Below the pieces are notes generated by a model that was given only the letters and a program-made list of their open reading frames with translations, made no database searches and was not told the origin of the DNA. Positions 1 through 14,327 of a DNA stretch of 64,000 nt are shown here, in pieces. The stretch is taken from positions 10,602,001 to 10,666,000 of the forward strand of contig OX597836.1 of the NCBI GenBank assembly GCA_951406725.2. Direction: 5' to 3'. The position numbers and the translations under genes are program-made. The DNA is from Octopus vulgaris (Eukaryota). Each line of letters starts with the position of its first letter. Position 1 is the first letter of the stretch.

Positions 1-336
1 ACCCCACTGTGTAACTGGTACTTATTTAATCGACCCCGAAAGGATGAAAGGCAAAGTCGACCTCGGTGGAATTTGAACTCAGAACGTAAAGACAGACGAA
101 ATACCTATTTCTTTATTACCCACAAGGGGCTAAACATAGAGGGGACAAACAAGGACAGACATAGGTATTAAGTCGATCGCATCGACCCCAGTGCGGAACT
201 GGTACTTAATTTATCGACCCCGAAAGGACGAAAGGAAAAGTCGACCTCGGCGGGATTTGAACTCAGAACATAAAGACAGACGAAATACCGCTATGCATTT
301 CGCCCGGCGTGCCAACGTTTCTGCCAGCTCACCGCC
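1..336 (-). mobile_element. family A tRNA-derived SINE, tandem dimer cut by the window edge
   Basis: Head GGCGGTGAGCTGGCAGAAACG; B box GAGTTCAAATCCC; central GCCTTTCATCCTTTCGGGGTCGAT...AAGTACCAG resembling the MetaSINE domain as I recall it. Confidence 0.85.
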
Positions 337-678
337 TCTTTCAGTAAGTAAATTAACATCTCAGGGCTGCAGCGCGTATTGCGTTTGTTAATATATTTCA
401 TCCATTTGAAACGCTCGAATGCTTAGAAATAAATAAATAAATAATAAATAACTTGATGGATGATGTAACAGAAACAATGTAACCCAGAATAGACAACATA
501 CAATAATAATGATTTCAAATTTTCGCAGCAGGCCAGCATGTTCGAGAGAGTGTTAAGTCGATGACATCGATCCTAGTGCTCGATTGTTCCTTGTATGAAA
601 GGAAAATCGACCATGGCGGAATTTGAACTCAGAACGTACGAAATGCCGCCAAGTATTTTACCACTCGTGCTAACAATT

Positions 679-1258
679 CTTTTCTACTCTAGGCACAAAG
701 CCCAATATTTTTAGGGCGGGGCTAGTCGATTAGATCGGTCCCAGTATGCAATTGGTACTCAATTTATCGACCCCGAAAGGATGAAGGGCAAAGTTGATCT
801 CGGCGGAATTTGAACTCAGAACGTAAAGTCAGACGAAATATCTATATCTTTACTACCCACAAGGGGCTAAACACAGAGGGGACACACAAGGACAGACAAA
901 CGGATTTAAGTCGATTATATCGACCCCAGTGCGTAACTGGTACTTAATTCATCGACCCCGAAAGGATGAAAGGCAAAGTCGACCTCGGCGGAATTTGAAC
1001 TCAGAGCGTAGCGGCAGACGGAATACCTATTTCTTTATTACCCACAAGGGGCTAAACACAGAGGGGAGAAACTTGGACAGACACAGGTATTAAGTCGATT
1101 ACATCGACTCCAGTGCGTAACTGGTACTTAATTTATCGACCCCGAAAGGATGAAAGGCAAAGTAGACCTCGGCGGAATTTGAACTCAGTACGTAACGACA
1201 GACGAAATACCGCTATGCATTTCGCCCGGCGTGCTAACAATTCCGCCAGCTCGCCGCC
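679..1258 (-). mobile_element. family A SINE concatemer (one head, three bodies)
   Basis: About 184-bp period with junctions near 839 and 1024; the 3'-most unit has a different tail. Confidence 0.85.
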
Positions 1259-4200
1259 TTAAGCTAGCTTCATCATAACAAAATTATTTAAAAGTGAATT
1301 CTTTATATTTTCAAAATTAATTTAAATAAATACTGTTTATTTCAATAGAAATATAATAACAAAAGAGTTAACTACAGTTCTTGTTTTTAGACTTTTTAAT
1401 GTCGTCACGCCAACAATTTGTTTTTTAAACATTTTTTCGGACAATTTAAAGAGTTTTATTGGCGATGAGGTGACAGAATCGGAGCGGAAAAAATTCCTTA
1501 CATTATTTGTTCCAGCTCTTTGCTTTTTTGCCAGCTTAATTTATTTCGGCTTTTTGCGTCCCGGGTTCAAATCCTACTGAGGATAATTTGGTTTTTATCC
1601 TTCTGAAGGTCGGTAAAATAAAGGGCTAGTCAAGTAAGGAGGTGAATTGAATCAAGTACCAATCAGCGCGAAAAGGCTATGGGCCAGCATCGTATAAAAG
1701 TGTAACCGTGTTCTGATAACAATGTGTCATGCTCTCGCTAATAGTTTTTGAAGCCTGTGTAGTCTCGGGCAGATATAGACATCCTTTGGGTTCTCCCATT
1801 CTTGGCCCGGAGGAACATCCGGGTTGTGACAGTTGGAGGGAAACAGGGTTGCACCAGGATTTGGATAATACTAACTTATAACCAAACAGGCTGGGATGAC
1901 GGGAAACGAAGGACAACAGAAACTGCCTGTTTTGGGAATTGAACCAGCGTGGGACTCCGACGACAGATGAAGTGGCACCTCGGCTGGAATACTCCACCAC
2001 CCCATCAATATTGCTGTATTTATACCAACACAATGCACACACGAGCACAGGCATAACTGGGCGGATAAGCAGCTTGATTTGCGACCACGTGATTCTGCGT
2101 TCAGTCCCGTTGCGCGGCCACTTGGGTAAATGTCTTCAACTATTGACCCGGATCAACCAATGCCTTGTGAGTGAATTTCGTAAACGGAAACTGCGTGAAA
2201 GCCGGTCTTATATTTGTTTGTGTGTGTGTGTGTTCATCGCTTGACAACCGTTGTTAGTTTGTTTACGTCCATCACAACTTTGCAGTTCATCAAAAGAAAC
2301 AAATAAAGCGCTCAACTTTAAAAAGCCCAAAAGCCGCTAGCGTGGCTGTGTGGTTAGAAGCTTGCTTTCTAACCACATGGTTCCGGGTTCAGTCCCACTG
2401 AGTGGCACCTTCGGCCGACCAAAGCCTTGTGAGTGAATTTGATAGACGGAAACTGAAAGAAACCCGTCGTATATATATATATCTATATGTGTGTGCCTTT
2501 GTGTCTGTGTTTGTCCATCCACCGTCACTTGGCAGCCGATGTTGGTGTGTTTACATCCCCGTAACTTAGTGGTTCGGCAAAGGAGACTGATATCATAAGT
2601 ACCAAGTTTGCAAAGAATAAATCCTAGGGTCGATGTGTTCGACTAAAACCCCCTTAAAGGCGGTGCTCCAGCATGGCCGCAGTCAAATGACTGAAACATG
2701 TAAAAAACAAAAAAAAAAAAATAAATAAAAGAACATACATATACGGAGTGTGAAACCAGATCCCGTTGAAGGGGGTAACCCCAAAATGCAAAACAAAATC
2801 CCATGAAGCGTTTTACAGATTTACCCCCTCCAACCCCCACCTCACCTCACCTCACCTCACCTCACCTCACCTCACCTCACCTCGCCTCACCTCCGCCACC
2901 AGCAGATGATGGAAATCGCTGCGTTGTTTATATACGTTCCCATAGCAACCAATTGAAACCATTATTAGCGATGAAGTGCGAAAATCTGAGAAGTTTGTGA
3001 GAGAAATTGACACCCAGGGATCTTTGATGTTTCCTTTTTATCTTTTCTACATGCTTCGGTCATTGGACTGCGGCCATGCTGGGGCACCGCCTTGAAGGAC
3101 TTTTATTCGAACAAATCGACTCTAGTGCTTGTTATTTATTTATTTATTTATTTTTTTTTTATTAAAGTATGATTTTTACTCTATCGGTATCGTTTGCCGA
3201 ACCGTTAAGTCACGGGTCGTAAACAACTCAACACCGATTACCATGTAGTGTGTTTGTATGTGAGACAAACGCTCGCGCGCGTACACACGCTCGTGCACAC
3301 ATACACACACATACACATATATAAAAACCCTTCCAAAACAGACAATAGGCGTAGGAGTGGCTGTGTGGTAAGTATCTTGCTTACGAACCACATGGTTCCA
3401 GGTTCAGTCCCACTGCGTGGCATCTTGGGCAAGTTTTCTCCTATAGCCTCGGGCTTGTGAGGGGATTTGGGAGAAGGAAACTGAAAGAAGCCCGTCATAT
3501 ATATATATATATATATATATATGTTTGTGTGTGTGTGTGTGTGTGTGTATGTGTGTGTATGTTTGTGTGTCTGTGTTTGTCCCCCCACCATCATTTGACA
3601 ACCGATGCTGGTGTGTTTACGTCCCCGTCGATTAATTAAGTACCAGTTACGCACTGGGGTCGATATAATCGACTTAATCCGTTTGTCTGTCCTTGTTTGT
3701 CCTCTCTGTGCGTTGCCCCTTGTGGGTAGTAACAAAATAGGTATTTCGTCTGCTTCTACGTTCTGAGTTCAAATTCTGTCGAGGTCGACTTTGCCTTTCA
3801 TCCTTTCGAGTACCTGTTACGCACTGGAGTTGATGTAATCGACTTCATCCGTTTGTCTGTCCTTGTTTGTCCCCTCTACGTTTAGCCCCTTATGGGTAAT
3901 AAAGAAATAGGTGGTTGCAAAGCAAAGCGAGCCTCTTAAGCCCATATCCCTATGTTTCTGGAGGAAAGGACCGAGAACTGTCCCTTTATCTTTCTTGAGG
4001 AAGAAGAATTAGGAATGAACCAAATCTCCGCAATAGATCGAAACAGCTACGGTGTCAGTGACACTCTACTTCTTTCTTTTTTTTTCTTCTTTTTTTTTTG
4101 TTTTATTATACTTTAAATTCCCCGTGACACAACGGACGTATTATAATAAAGATTATCTGAGTGTAATAAATGTCAGTTAATCCCAGACATAAAATCACCA

Positions 4201-4429
4201 AGAAAATACTTTTCTTCAAACTTTTTTCATTCGCTTTTTCGTTTATTGTTTTGCTTATGGCAGGGATAGAAAAGAACGGGTCATGGCATTTTTGGGTGGA
4301 GGATAGGAAGGTGGTTGATGGGGGTAAGATAGAGGGGTACTGAGGTACTGGGGTACAGGGGTACGTGGGACATTTAATTAGGTTGTGTTGTAAGATATAA
4401 AGGTGAGGATTTCCGCACTAGGAATATTT

Positions 4430-4990
4430 GATTGGCTGTTGATTGATAGTCAGAGGCAGTCGAGTGCTCGCTTAGAAATAGTTGACTGATAGTCAATATG
4501 GAGGTGATTGATCGTCTGGATTTAGTTGACTGATGGCGTAGAAGCGCTTGATTGATCATCCAGAAGTACATAACTGATCATTCAGAAGTACTTGTCTGAT
4601 TGCCTAGAAGTAGCTGACTGATCGCCAAGAAGCACTTGATTGATCATCTTGAAGAAGTTGACTGATCATCTTGAAGAAGTTGACTGATCATCCGGAAACA
4701 CTTGACTGATCGTCCGGAAACACTTGACTGATCGACCGGAAGCACTTGACTGATCGACCGGAAGCACTTGTCTGATTGCCTAAAAGCAGTTGACTGATCG
4801 TCAAACAGGACTTGATTGATAGTCTTGAACATGTTGACTGATCGACTAGAAAATATTTGACTGATCGTCCAGAAATACTTGACTGACTGCCTGGAAGCAG
4901 TCGATTGATCGCCAAAGAGGGCTTGACTGACCATCTAGAAATAGGTGACGGCTCGTACAAAAGCCGTTGGCAGCCCAGAAGCAGCTTTCA
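4430..4990. repeat. 22-bp minisatellite
   Basis: Unit approximately CACTTGACTGATCGTCCAGAAG; over 20 diverged copies, most homogeneous centrally. Confidence 0.9.
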
Positions 4991-5713
4991 TTGATGTTCA
5001 GCAATTCTCTATATCAAAATATAGTGAAAGCGCGTGACTTAGTGGTTAAGGTATTCAGTTCACGATCACAAGGTCGTGAGTTCGATTCCCGACAGTGTTG
5101 CATCCATGAGCAAGGCATTTTATTCCACATTGCACCAATCCACTCAGCTGGCAAAAATGAGTGATACCAGTATTTCAAAAAAAAAAAAAAAGAAGAAAGA
5201 ATGCCAGCATTGTCACATTCTGTGTCACGCTGAATCTCCTCTGAGAACTACATTGAGTGTAGGCGTGTCTGTGGAGTACTCAGCCACTTGCACGTTAATT
5301 TCACGAGCAGTCTGTTCCGTTGATCGGATCAATTAGAGACCTCGTCGTCGTAAACGATGGAGTTCAAGTTATATCAAAATATCAAGATATAATTTTAATA
5401 TATGATCAGCGCTCTGGCCATGACTCTTCCATCTTTATGATGTTCCGGTCACTGGGGCTGTTTAGTCCCAGGTTATCTCTGATTGAGCAAAGCCTGTATC
5501 GTCAAATGCTTGATTTTGAACCACAAATGGGTTACCAATGTTACAAACAGTGAAATATTCTTCGGGTCCTAGGATTCGTAGGGATGGTCACCCGGTTTTC
5601 GTGGAGCACACGTGACCGAAACTGCAATGTCCAACCTGGATGGATATTTATATACATGTACCTATGTATTCACACACAAACACACACTCATACACACACA
5701 AGCACATACACGC

Positions 5714-5748
<35 letters not shown>

Positions 5749-5967
5749 CATATGTTTATATACATGCACTTATGTATTGACACACACATACACACGCACA
5801 CACAGACATATATATATGTATATAAACATGCATAAACATATGCATACATGTATACACACGCGCATACACATATGCACATATATATAATCACGCATACATA
5901 TACATACGTACAAGCACACATACACACACACATGCGTAATTATATGTGTATGTGTGTGTGTTATAAC

Positions 5968-6274
5968 AACCACACCACCACCACTACCACCACCACTACC
6001 ACCACCCACCACCACCACCACCACCACCACCACCACCACCACTACCACCACCACCAGCACCACCACCACCACCACCACTACCACCACTACCACTAGCAGC
6101 AGCAGCACCACCATCAGCACCACCACTCACCACCACCACCACCACCACCACCACCACCACCACCACCACCACCACCACCACCACCACCACCACCACCACC
6201 ACCACCACCACCACCACCACCACCACCACCACTACCACCACCACCACCACCACCACCACCACCACCACCACCAC
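5968..6274. repeat. (CAC)n microsatellite
   Basis: Directly visible; a second array lies at about 18968-19320. Confidence 0.97.
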
Positions 6275-7300
6275 ATCTCATATGTGCCCTCACCGTTTTG
6301 TTGGAACATACTTTATCATGATTGATGATGAAACGTTTCGCGCCAATACGCCAAAGCTACCTACACCTCCCCCCGGACTACGTAACCTCAGTGACTTTCA
6401 CGCCTGTCGTGGAACAGTCTACGGCGATACCCCATCCACCCGGTGTAGCAAGAACCCCAAACGCTCTGAAAACACCGAAAAAAAGTAATTAACAAACACA
6501 CATTCACACAAAATTAACAACAAGATTCCTTAATTACTCCTCCACCCATCCAACAGCAACCCTTCACCGTTTAAATAGTTTTAATATTTCGCACATGTTT
6601 GGCTCATTTTCATGAAATTTCCAGTCCCTGTCCAATACTACGCCTCCCTCCACTTACATGCAAGTATCTCTCACCGCTACCCCCTTTATACGGTGTAGTA
6701 AGTCATACAGCTGTTCTTCTAACATATGTTTACTATAGTTTGGATTGAGGGTCTGTGAAATGTTAAGTGGGGGTTGGGTGGGAATAGCAAATAGTAAATT
6801 AAGGAGGAGCCCTTAAAAGATAAATGGGAGCTGTTAAGTACTGAGTGGCCCCTCTGACCCAAATAACATTGAATATGTTGGAACAAGAAGCTTACGTCCA
6901 ACAAAGATGACTACCGTTATTGAGAATAATGAATTGAGAAAGGATCTATGTATGTTTATGTATGTATGTTTGTATATATATATATGTGTGGATGTATGTA
7001 TATATGTATGTATGTGTTGATGTATGTATGTTTGTATATATGTATGTATATATGATTATGTATATATGTTTATGTATGTTTGTATTCATGTATGTATGTA
7101 TGGATGGATGGATGTGTTTATGTATGTTTGTATATATATATATGTGTGGATGGATGTATGCATGTATGTGTGGAGGTATGTTTGTATAGTTATGTATATG
7201 TATGTTGGTATATCTGTTTGTGTAGGTATGTATGTATATATGTTTGTATTTATGTATATATTTCTGTATATATGGCTGTATGTGTTTGTATTGATGCATG

Positions 7301-7469
<169 letters not shown>

Positions 7470-7754
7470 GAGAGAAAGCAATAAGAAAATGGAGGGGATC
7501 AAGAGGTGGTATCCATCAACTTTTAGACATTATATTTTGTCTATTTATTTACTAAAAGGACAATTATAACAATATACATACATGTATAACATATGCTTTG
7601 TGGCTGTGTGGTAAGTAGCTTGCTTACCAACCACATGGTTCCGGGTTCAGTCCCACTGCGTGGCACCTTAGGCAAGTGTCTTCTACTATAACCTCGGGCC
7701 GCCAAAGCCTTGTGAGTGGGTTTGGTAGACGGAAACTGGAAGAAGCCCGTCGTA

Positions 7755-7795
<41 letters not shown>

Positions 7796-8250
7796 TTGTG
7801 TGTCTGTGTTTGTCCCCCCAACATTGCTTGACAACCGATGCTGGTGTGTTTACGTCTCCGTAACTTAGCGGTTCGGCAAGAGACACCGATAGAATAAGTA
7901 CTAGGCTTACAAAGAATAAGTCCTGGGGTCGATTTGCTCGGCTAAAGGCGGTGCTCCAGCATGGCCGCAGTCAAATGACTGAAACAAGTGAAGAGAGCTT
8001 TACTGGTTACAGCCGTAAAAAAACCACACCAACCTTGGGTGGTCTTCGAAAGGTTTTCGTCCTTCACAGCGACTGCTGGTACTTTTATATACAATAGCTG
8101 TTTTACGTTCTACATACGTAGGGACACAGCTCGATGCGCATGCTCACATCTGGAAATATGAATATAAACAAAACAAAAAAAAGGTTATGGAATTTGGCAA
8201 AAGATAAAAAGTAAAACATTACGCCCCAATACACACAGCTCAGTCTGGAG

Positions 8251-8572
8251 CAGTGTTCCCCCAGCCTATTCCCCTCCCCGGACCCCAATATAATTTTCCA
8301 GAAAAATCTGTGCCCCACCAGTGGTAGGAAACCACCCCCCGGCTTTATTTTTAATATTTTATGACAATCATTTAACATAAAGATGCACCGTTAACTCTTT
8401 TAAGTACAGAGTACAAAGGAAAGTACATTATTGACTAAGGAAATAAAAGGGTTTTAACAAATCCATGTCCTACTAAAAACAGAAATATAAAAATAAATTT
8501 GGATTCCACGCTCCATCCATAGTTTTCCCGGGCTCCACCACTGGAGTGTGTGCCTCACGTTGGGAATTAGTG
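8251..8572. mobile_element. degenerate hAT/Charlie-like MITE
   Basis: Ends CAGTGTTCCCC... and ...GTTGGGAATTAGTG; flanks GTCTGGAG and ATTTAGAG resemble a decayed NTCTAGAN TSD. Confidence 0.5.
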
Positions 8573-8647
8573 ATTTAGAGTGATATAACTAAATACGTGT
8601 AGATTTACTAATCAAGAAAGCGGCTCAACACACACACACACACACAC

Positions 8648-8880
8648 GTTTCTTTACTACCTACAAGGGGCTAAACGCAGAGGGGACAAACAAGGACAGA
8701 CAAACGTATTAAGTCGATTACATCGACCCCCAGTGCGTAACTGGTACTTAATTTATCGACCCCGAAAGGATGAAAGAGGCAAAGTTGACCTCGGCGGAAT
8801 TTGAACTCAGAACGTAACGGCAGACGAAATACGGCTACGCATTTCGCCCGGCGTGCTAACGTTTCTGCCAGCTCACCGCC
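8648..8880 (-). mobile_element. family A SINE, full length
   Basis: Same head, B box, central domain and tail; flanked by (CA)n and (TA)n. Confidence 0.85.
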
Positions 8881-8899
8881 TTCATATATATATATACAC

Positions 8900-9003
<104 letters not shown>

Positions 9004-9416
9004 TCACAAGCATTCAAACAGTCGTTCGTTAATGGCATCCAAGGGCCACGCGGTGGTGTTAAGCTGGGTGACGTGACCCTCCAACGAACTTCGAAGAGGT
9101 TTCCTTCGGCCGAATTTCTCTTCCAATGTTCTAAGTCGACCACAAACTACGATAGAAGTTAGGTAGGTAGAAAAAAAAAACCATGTCACCACGCTACGGG
9201 ATCGAATTCACAATAATCCGACCCCATCCCTCTCCAGTCGTCTTCTTGACATAAAAACACAAAAACAAAAACAAAGAAAAGAAAATTGACATAGAAACAA
9301 TTTCAAAGAACTTAATTCAAATTTTACAATTTTACTTTTTTTCTTTTTTCTGACATGATACAACATTTCATGCGCATTCACGATGTATTGAGTTTGAACA
9401 ATAGGCACTAAAGTAC

Positions 9417-9469
<53 letters not shown>

Positions 9470-9660
9470 TAATAACAGTAATTAGTTCTTTAGAGTGGAA
9501 GTCACTCAACCAAAATGCCGAGTTCTCTGAACTAAATCGCGAGCTTTCTGGACCAAAAACTATCTCTTAATTTACAGGTAGACGCAAAACGACCTGGAAA
9601 AATAAATGCTTTCTGATCGCTCCAATAAACTTGTTTTTTTTTTATAAACACACACACACT

Positions 9661-9691
<31 letters not shown>

Positions 9692-10182
9692 CAGTATGAG
9701 TAACGTTCACCGACAACTCTTACATAAACCAGGCTCTTATATAAACCAATTGGCCAGTACAATGCGTAACATTAATTAAGCAGTTAATGACAAAGAACAT
9801 GATTCACGCAATCACTTTCAATGACTTACAGTTGTTTCTGCTAACAAGGAACTGTGCAACCAGCATTGAGTGATAGCACGACATCTTATTGTTTCCTCAG
9901 AGCTGCGATTACGTAACGCCTCTTCTTTTTGTCATTTATTTATTAACTGTATGTGTATGAAGGCGCGTGGGCTAGTGCTTAGGTTGTCGAATAGTGGTGA
10001 CGATTGCAAGACTGTGATTTCGATCTCCGGACTGGGTGTCTGGGAATCCAGTCCACTCCGATGCGAATGGGTAAACCTATGACGGACTGGCGATCCGTTC
10101 AGTGAGGTCTCTCGAAAGCGACAACAATGCAAGGAAGCGCATTGTGGCCATCGGTGTATAACCATATTAGGCAGTCTGGTCA

Positions 10183-10244
<62 letters not shown>

Positions 10245-10295
10245 ATGATAATAATAATAATAATAATAAGAAAAAAGAACAACAGTAATCAGTGC

Positions 10296-10336
<41 letters not shown>

Positions 10337-10935
10337 CACTTTATTTTGTGGGTGAACAATGTTTTCAGACAGAGGTCTTTACAATTGTTCACGTGTATCA
10401 CATGAGTGCGTTGGTTCTAGTCTCCATATCGGATGAGAATTGTCGTGTGTGTGTGTGTGTGTGTGTGCAAGCACGTGTGTGTATGTGAGGATAATGTGTG
10501 CTTGTCGGGTGGCAAGGGAGACAACAGTGACTTGGCCAAAGTGTTTGTGCGTAGCAATGACTCTCGTGTCTGGAAAGTTCCCGTTTCCAGACACAAAAGT
10601 ACCCGTTTCCAAACATAACGTATGTAATTTCTCTTGGGGTTACATCATCGAACGTGACTTTGAAATTTTTATTTAAAAAGGCAGAGTGTAATATGCGGGT
10701 GATTCTTCTGCTATTTCTACCATAACGAGCGACCAGTTAAGAAAAACTCTTGTTCATTCGAAATACAATGTCATCATCATCATCATCATTTATCGTCGTC
10801 GTTTAACGTCCGCTTTCCATGTTAGCATGGGTTGGACGATTTGACTGAGGCCTGGCGAACCAGATGGCTGCACCAGGCTCCGATCTTGATTTGGCAAAGG
10901 TCGTATATAAATATAAAATCATTACCTGTCGGTAA

Positions 10936-11389
10936 TGATGGCAGAACCCCCAAAGACATACTTTACGGAGAGCTTGCTAGGGGTACTAGGTCTGTGGGTA
11001 GACCGATCTTACGTTACAAGGATGTTTGCAAAAGGGATATGAAGGCCTGCAACATCAATATTTGCGGTTGGGAGGCAGTTGACGGCAACCGTGGAGAATG
11101 GCGACGTACAGTAAAAGAGGGAATACAAAAGAGTGACAGAGAGAGAGAGAGAGGAGAAATGGAAAGAAAGGAAGAGACGTAAACAAGAGACTATGGCACT
11201 ACAACCAGCCAGGAACAGTCTTCGCTACATTTGCGGTACCTGCCAGAGGGAGTGTTTGTCCAGGACAGGACAGGACTACACAGCCACAGCAGGAAATGTA
11301 TCAGGACATGAAATATAAAAGCCGGACTAGACTACTTCATGCGCAACTCCATTGTCTCCCGAGACAGAAAGGATGCCAATACAATACAA
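10936..11389 (+). mobile_element. 5'-truncated RTE-clade LINE with target-site duplication (TSD)
   Basis: DGRTPKDILYGEL...GRPILRYKDVCKRDM...W and a frameshifted C-terminal zinc finger (CGTCQREC...HSRKC); (CAATA)n tail; 13-bp TSD TACCTGTCGGTAA at 10923-10935 and 11390-11402. Confidence 0.92.
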
Positions 11390-11502
11390 TACCTGTCGGT
11401 AAGAGGAAATGTTTGATTACCTGTCTCTGTTCATACAAGATATAAATGTACAAAATCAATCAAACCGATTGATGCATTGTTTCAATATTTATATATTTCC
11501 AG

Positions 11503-11634
11503 GTGAAAAACGAGATTGGAAATGTGGATATTCTGGTCAACAATGCTGGAATTGTCACTGGTAAGAACTTACTTGACTGCACGGATCAAGACATCATCAA
11601 AACTATGCAAGTGAATGTATTAGCACATTTTTGG
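11503..11634 (+). CDS. SDR16C-family short-chain dehydrogenase/reductase (RDH10/SDR16C5-like), internal exon
   Basis: ttccAG acceptor and GTTAGT donor, 132 nt, phase 0-0. Encodes VKNEIGNVDILVNNAGIVTGKNLLDCTDQDIIKTMQVNVLAHFW, with the SDR NNAG motif and the SDR16C-typical 'VN..AHFW'. Confidence 0.95.
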
Positions 11635-12260
11635 GTTAGTTCCTTGTTTTTTTAATAATTATTTTTTATATTTTATTCAATCCCTCATCCTGTCCCTCAT
11701 CCTGCCTCCTACTCTCTTCTCCAATCTTCTCCCACCTTGATCCCAATCTCTTCCTCATTCTTCGTAATAAGCGACCCCTAAAATTTAATGTGTGTATTCT
11801 ATGCGTCTCTGTAGTCGCAGGCATGGCTGTCTGATAAGAAATTTGTTTCCCAACCACAGAGTTACGGGTTCAGTTCCACTGCGGAGCAACTTGAGTGAGT
11901 GTCTTCTACTATAGCCCCGGGATGACCAAGGCCAGCCTTCAGTCATTTTGCCATGCTTATCACTGGAACCTACGATGGCAACGGAGGGAGTGGCAACAGT
12001 TTTATAAAGGCTTTTGTCACTGAGACCCAACGATGTACGTTGGGCCGCCAGAATAGAACAAAATCGTGATTAGATGTACAAACTACTCTTAAGTTTGTTT
12101 ACAATCCCTCTCTGTCTTCTCGCATCTACATCCCCTCCTCTCGCTCCTCCTCCCCCTCCTCACCACCACCATCTCCATCATCATCGTCGTCGTCATCATC
12201 ATCGTCGTCATCATCATCGTCATCATCATTGTCGTCACCACCACCACCACCACCACCACC

Positions 12261-12293
<33 letters not shown>

Positions 12294-12646
12294 GTCATCA
12301 TCATCATTACTTTCATCATCACCATCACCATCATCATCGTCGTCATCATCGTCATCATGTTCCCTTTTTATGCTGGCATGAGTTGTACGATTCGACAAGA
12401 ACAGACGAGCCAGATGGCTTCGCCAGGTTCTGTGTCTGCATTTGGCATGGTTTCCAGAGCGGGATATCTATCCTTCCTACCGTCCGCCAACCACTTAACG
12501 GTGTGCACCGGTTGCGTTTTACGTGGCACCAACACCGGTGAGGTCGCTGATCACCAAGTACCCGCAAGAGTATTCTTATTATTTTTCATGTTCTTCTTCA
12601 TCGTTTGTATTTATTCCTTCTTTTCTTCTTCTTCTTCGATCGCCAG

Positions 12647-12891
12647 ACCATCAAAGCCTTTCTTCCCAAGATGATTGAACGGAATTCTGGTCATATAGTC
12701 ACAATTTCATCGACAGCTGGTGTAATAGGCGTGAACAAACTAACCGGGTACTGTGCCAGTAAATTTGCTTGTGTTGGACTGGATGAAGCCTTGAGATCAG
12801 AACTTAGCTCTCTAAAAAAAGATGGAGTTCATATGACATTGGCTTGTCCTTACTACACGAATACTGGCATGTTCCTTGGTGCAAAGACGAG
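12647..12891 (+). CDS. SDR16C-family dehydrogenase, catalytic exon
   Basis: Long pyrimidine tract plus CAG; AG|GTAGGT donor; 245 nt, phase 0-2. Encodes TIKAFLPKMIERNSGHIVTISSTAG...YCASKFA...CPYYTNTGMF, with the catalytic Ser and YxxxK. Confidence 0.96.
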
Positions 12892-13021
12892 GTAGGTTCC
12901 ATGTTTCTTATACTTATTTGTCGTAAAATTCCTGATAAGCAAGTAGTAACTTTATGTTTTTTTTCCGAGTTTATGGTTCATACATACATACATACATACA
13001 TACATACATACATACATGCAT

Positions 13022-13096
<75 letters not shown>

Positions 13097-13284
13097 CGTA
13101 TATATATATATATATATATACATATACGACGAGCTTTCAGTTTCTGTTTATCAAATCCACTCACAAAGCTTTGGTCGGCCCGAGGTTATTGTAGAAGACA
13201 CTTGCCCAAGATGCCGCGCAGTGGGACTGAACTCGAGACCATGTGGTTGGCAAGCAAGCTACTTACTACACATCCACTCCTGCT

Positions 13285-13338
<54 letters not shown>

Positions 13339-14295
13339 AATGAGAGAGATAGAGGTTTGCTGATACAAACAACAAAATACTACTCAAACATGAGAATTAT
13401 ATTTATTTTTCCATATTATTAAAATCAGCAGAGGCTGCTGAGCGAGTTTAGGGCAAGAAAGCTTCGTATATCGGCACAGTTTCCGCCTCTCATTAAATTC
13501 ACCGAGAAGGTATCTACCGGCACGAGGGCAATCGTAGAAGTCACTCGGCCAAATTATTGTCCCAGATGCTGAAACCAAAACCAAAAACGGAAATGGAAAC
13601 CGAAACCACGTGACTGCAAAGCAGGCTTCTTCCTTAACTGCACCAACCGCAGCCTAACCCATGATTATGGGATGATTTATAACATGGTATAACCCAGAGG
13701 ACGAATTATACGATAAATTACAGAAAAAGATATAAATTATAATGGTTATCCATCATTTTTTCCCGTCTAACATCCTTTCTGTGGTTTGTAACGTTATCTT
13801 TCCGTTATTCATAAACATATTTTCTGGTCAATTATAACATAGACATCCGGTTAAGAAATGCTGCTCGCTTGTGGTTGTATACACTTCTGAGCTATTGGTG
13901 CGGGCGTAGGCGGTGTGGCAAGAAGCTGGCTTCCCCCGGCCACATGGTTCCGGGTTCGATCCAACTGCGTGCCAGCCTGAGGGATGGGCGTTTGTGTGTA
14001 GCCCCCGGGTCGACCAAAGCCTCGATTGTGTGTGGATTTGGTAGAAGGAAACTGTTTGGAGGCCAGTCGTATGTATGTATGTATGTATGTATGTATGTAT
14101 GTATGTATGTATGTATGTATGTATGTATGTATGTATGTTTGTATGTTTGTTTGTATGTTTGTATGTTTGTATGTATGTATGTATGTATGTATGTATGTAT
14201 GTATGTATGTATGTATGTATGTATGTATGTATCTATGCGTATGTGTTTGTATGTATAAATGTATGTATGTATGTATATGTGTATGTATATGTGTG

Positions 14296-14327
<32 letters not shown>

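Noticed and set aside
4430-4990. CRISPR-like periodicity (also 58208-58690)
   Set aside because: Contiguous diverged units without unique spacers, in a eukaryotic context with no cas genes.
7475-7595. Segment of about 120 bp repeated in inverted orientation at about 51385-51497
   Set aside because: An ordinary dispersed repeat fragment 44 kb away, with no structural or coding signal.
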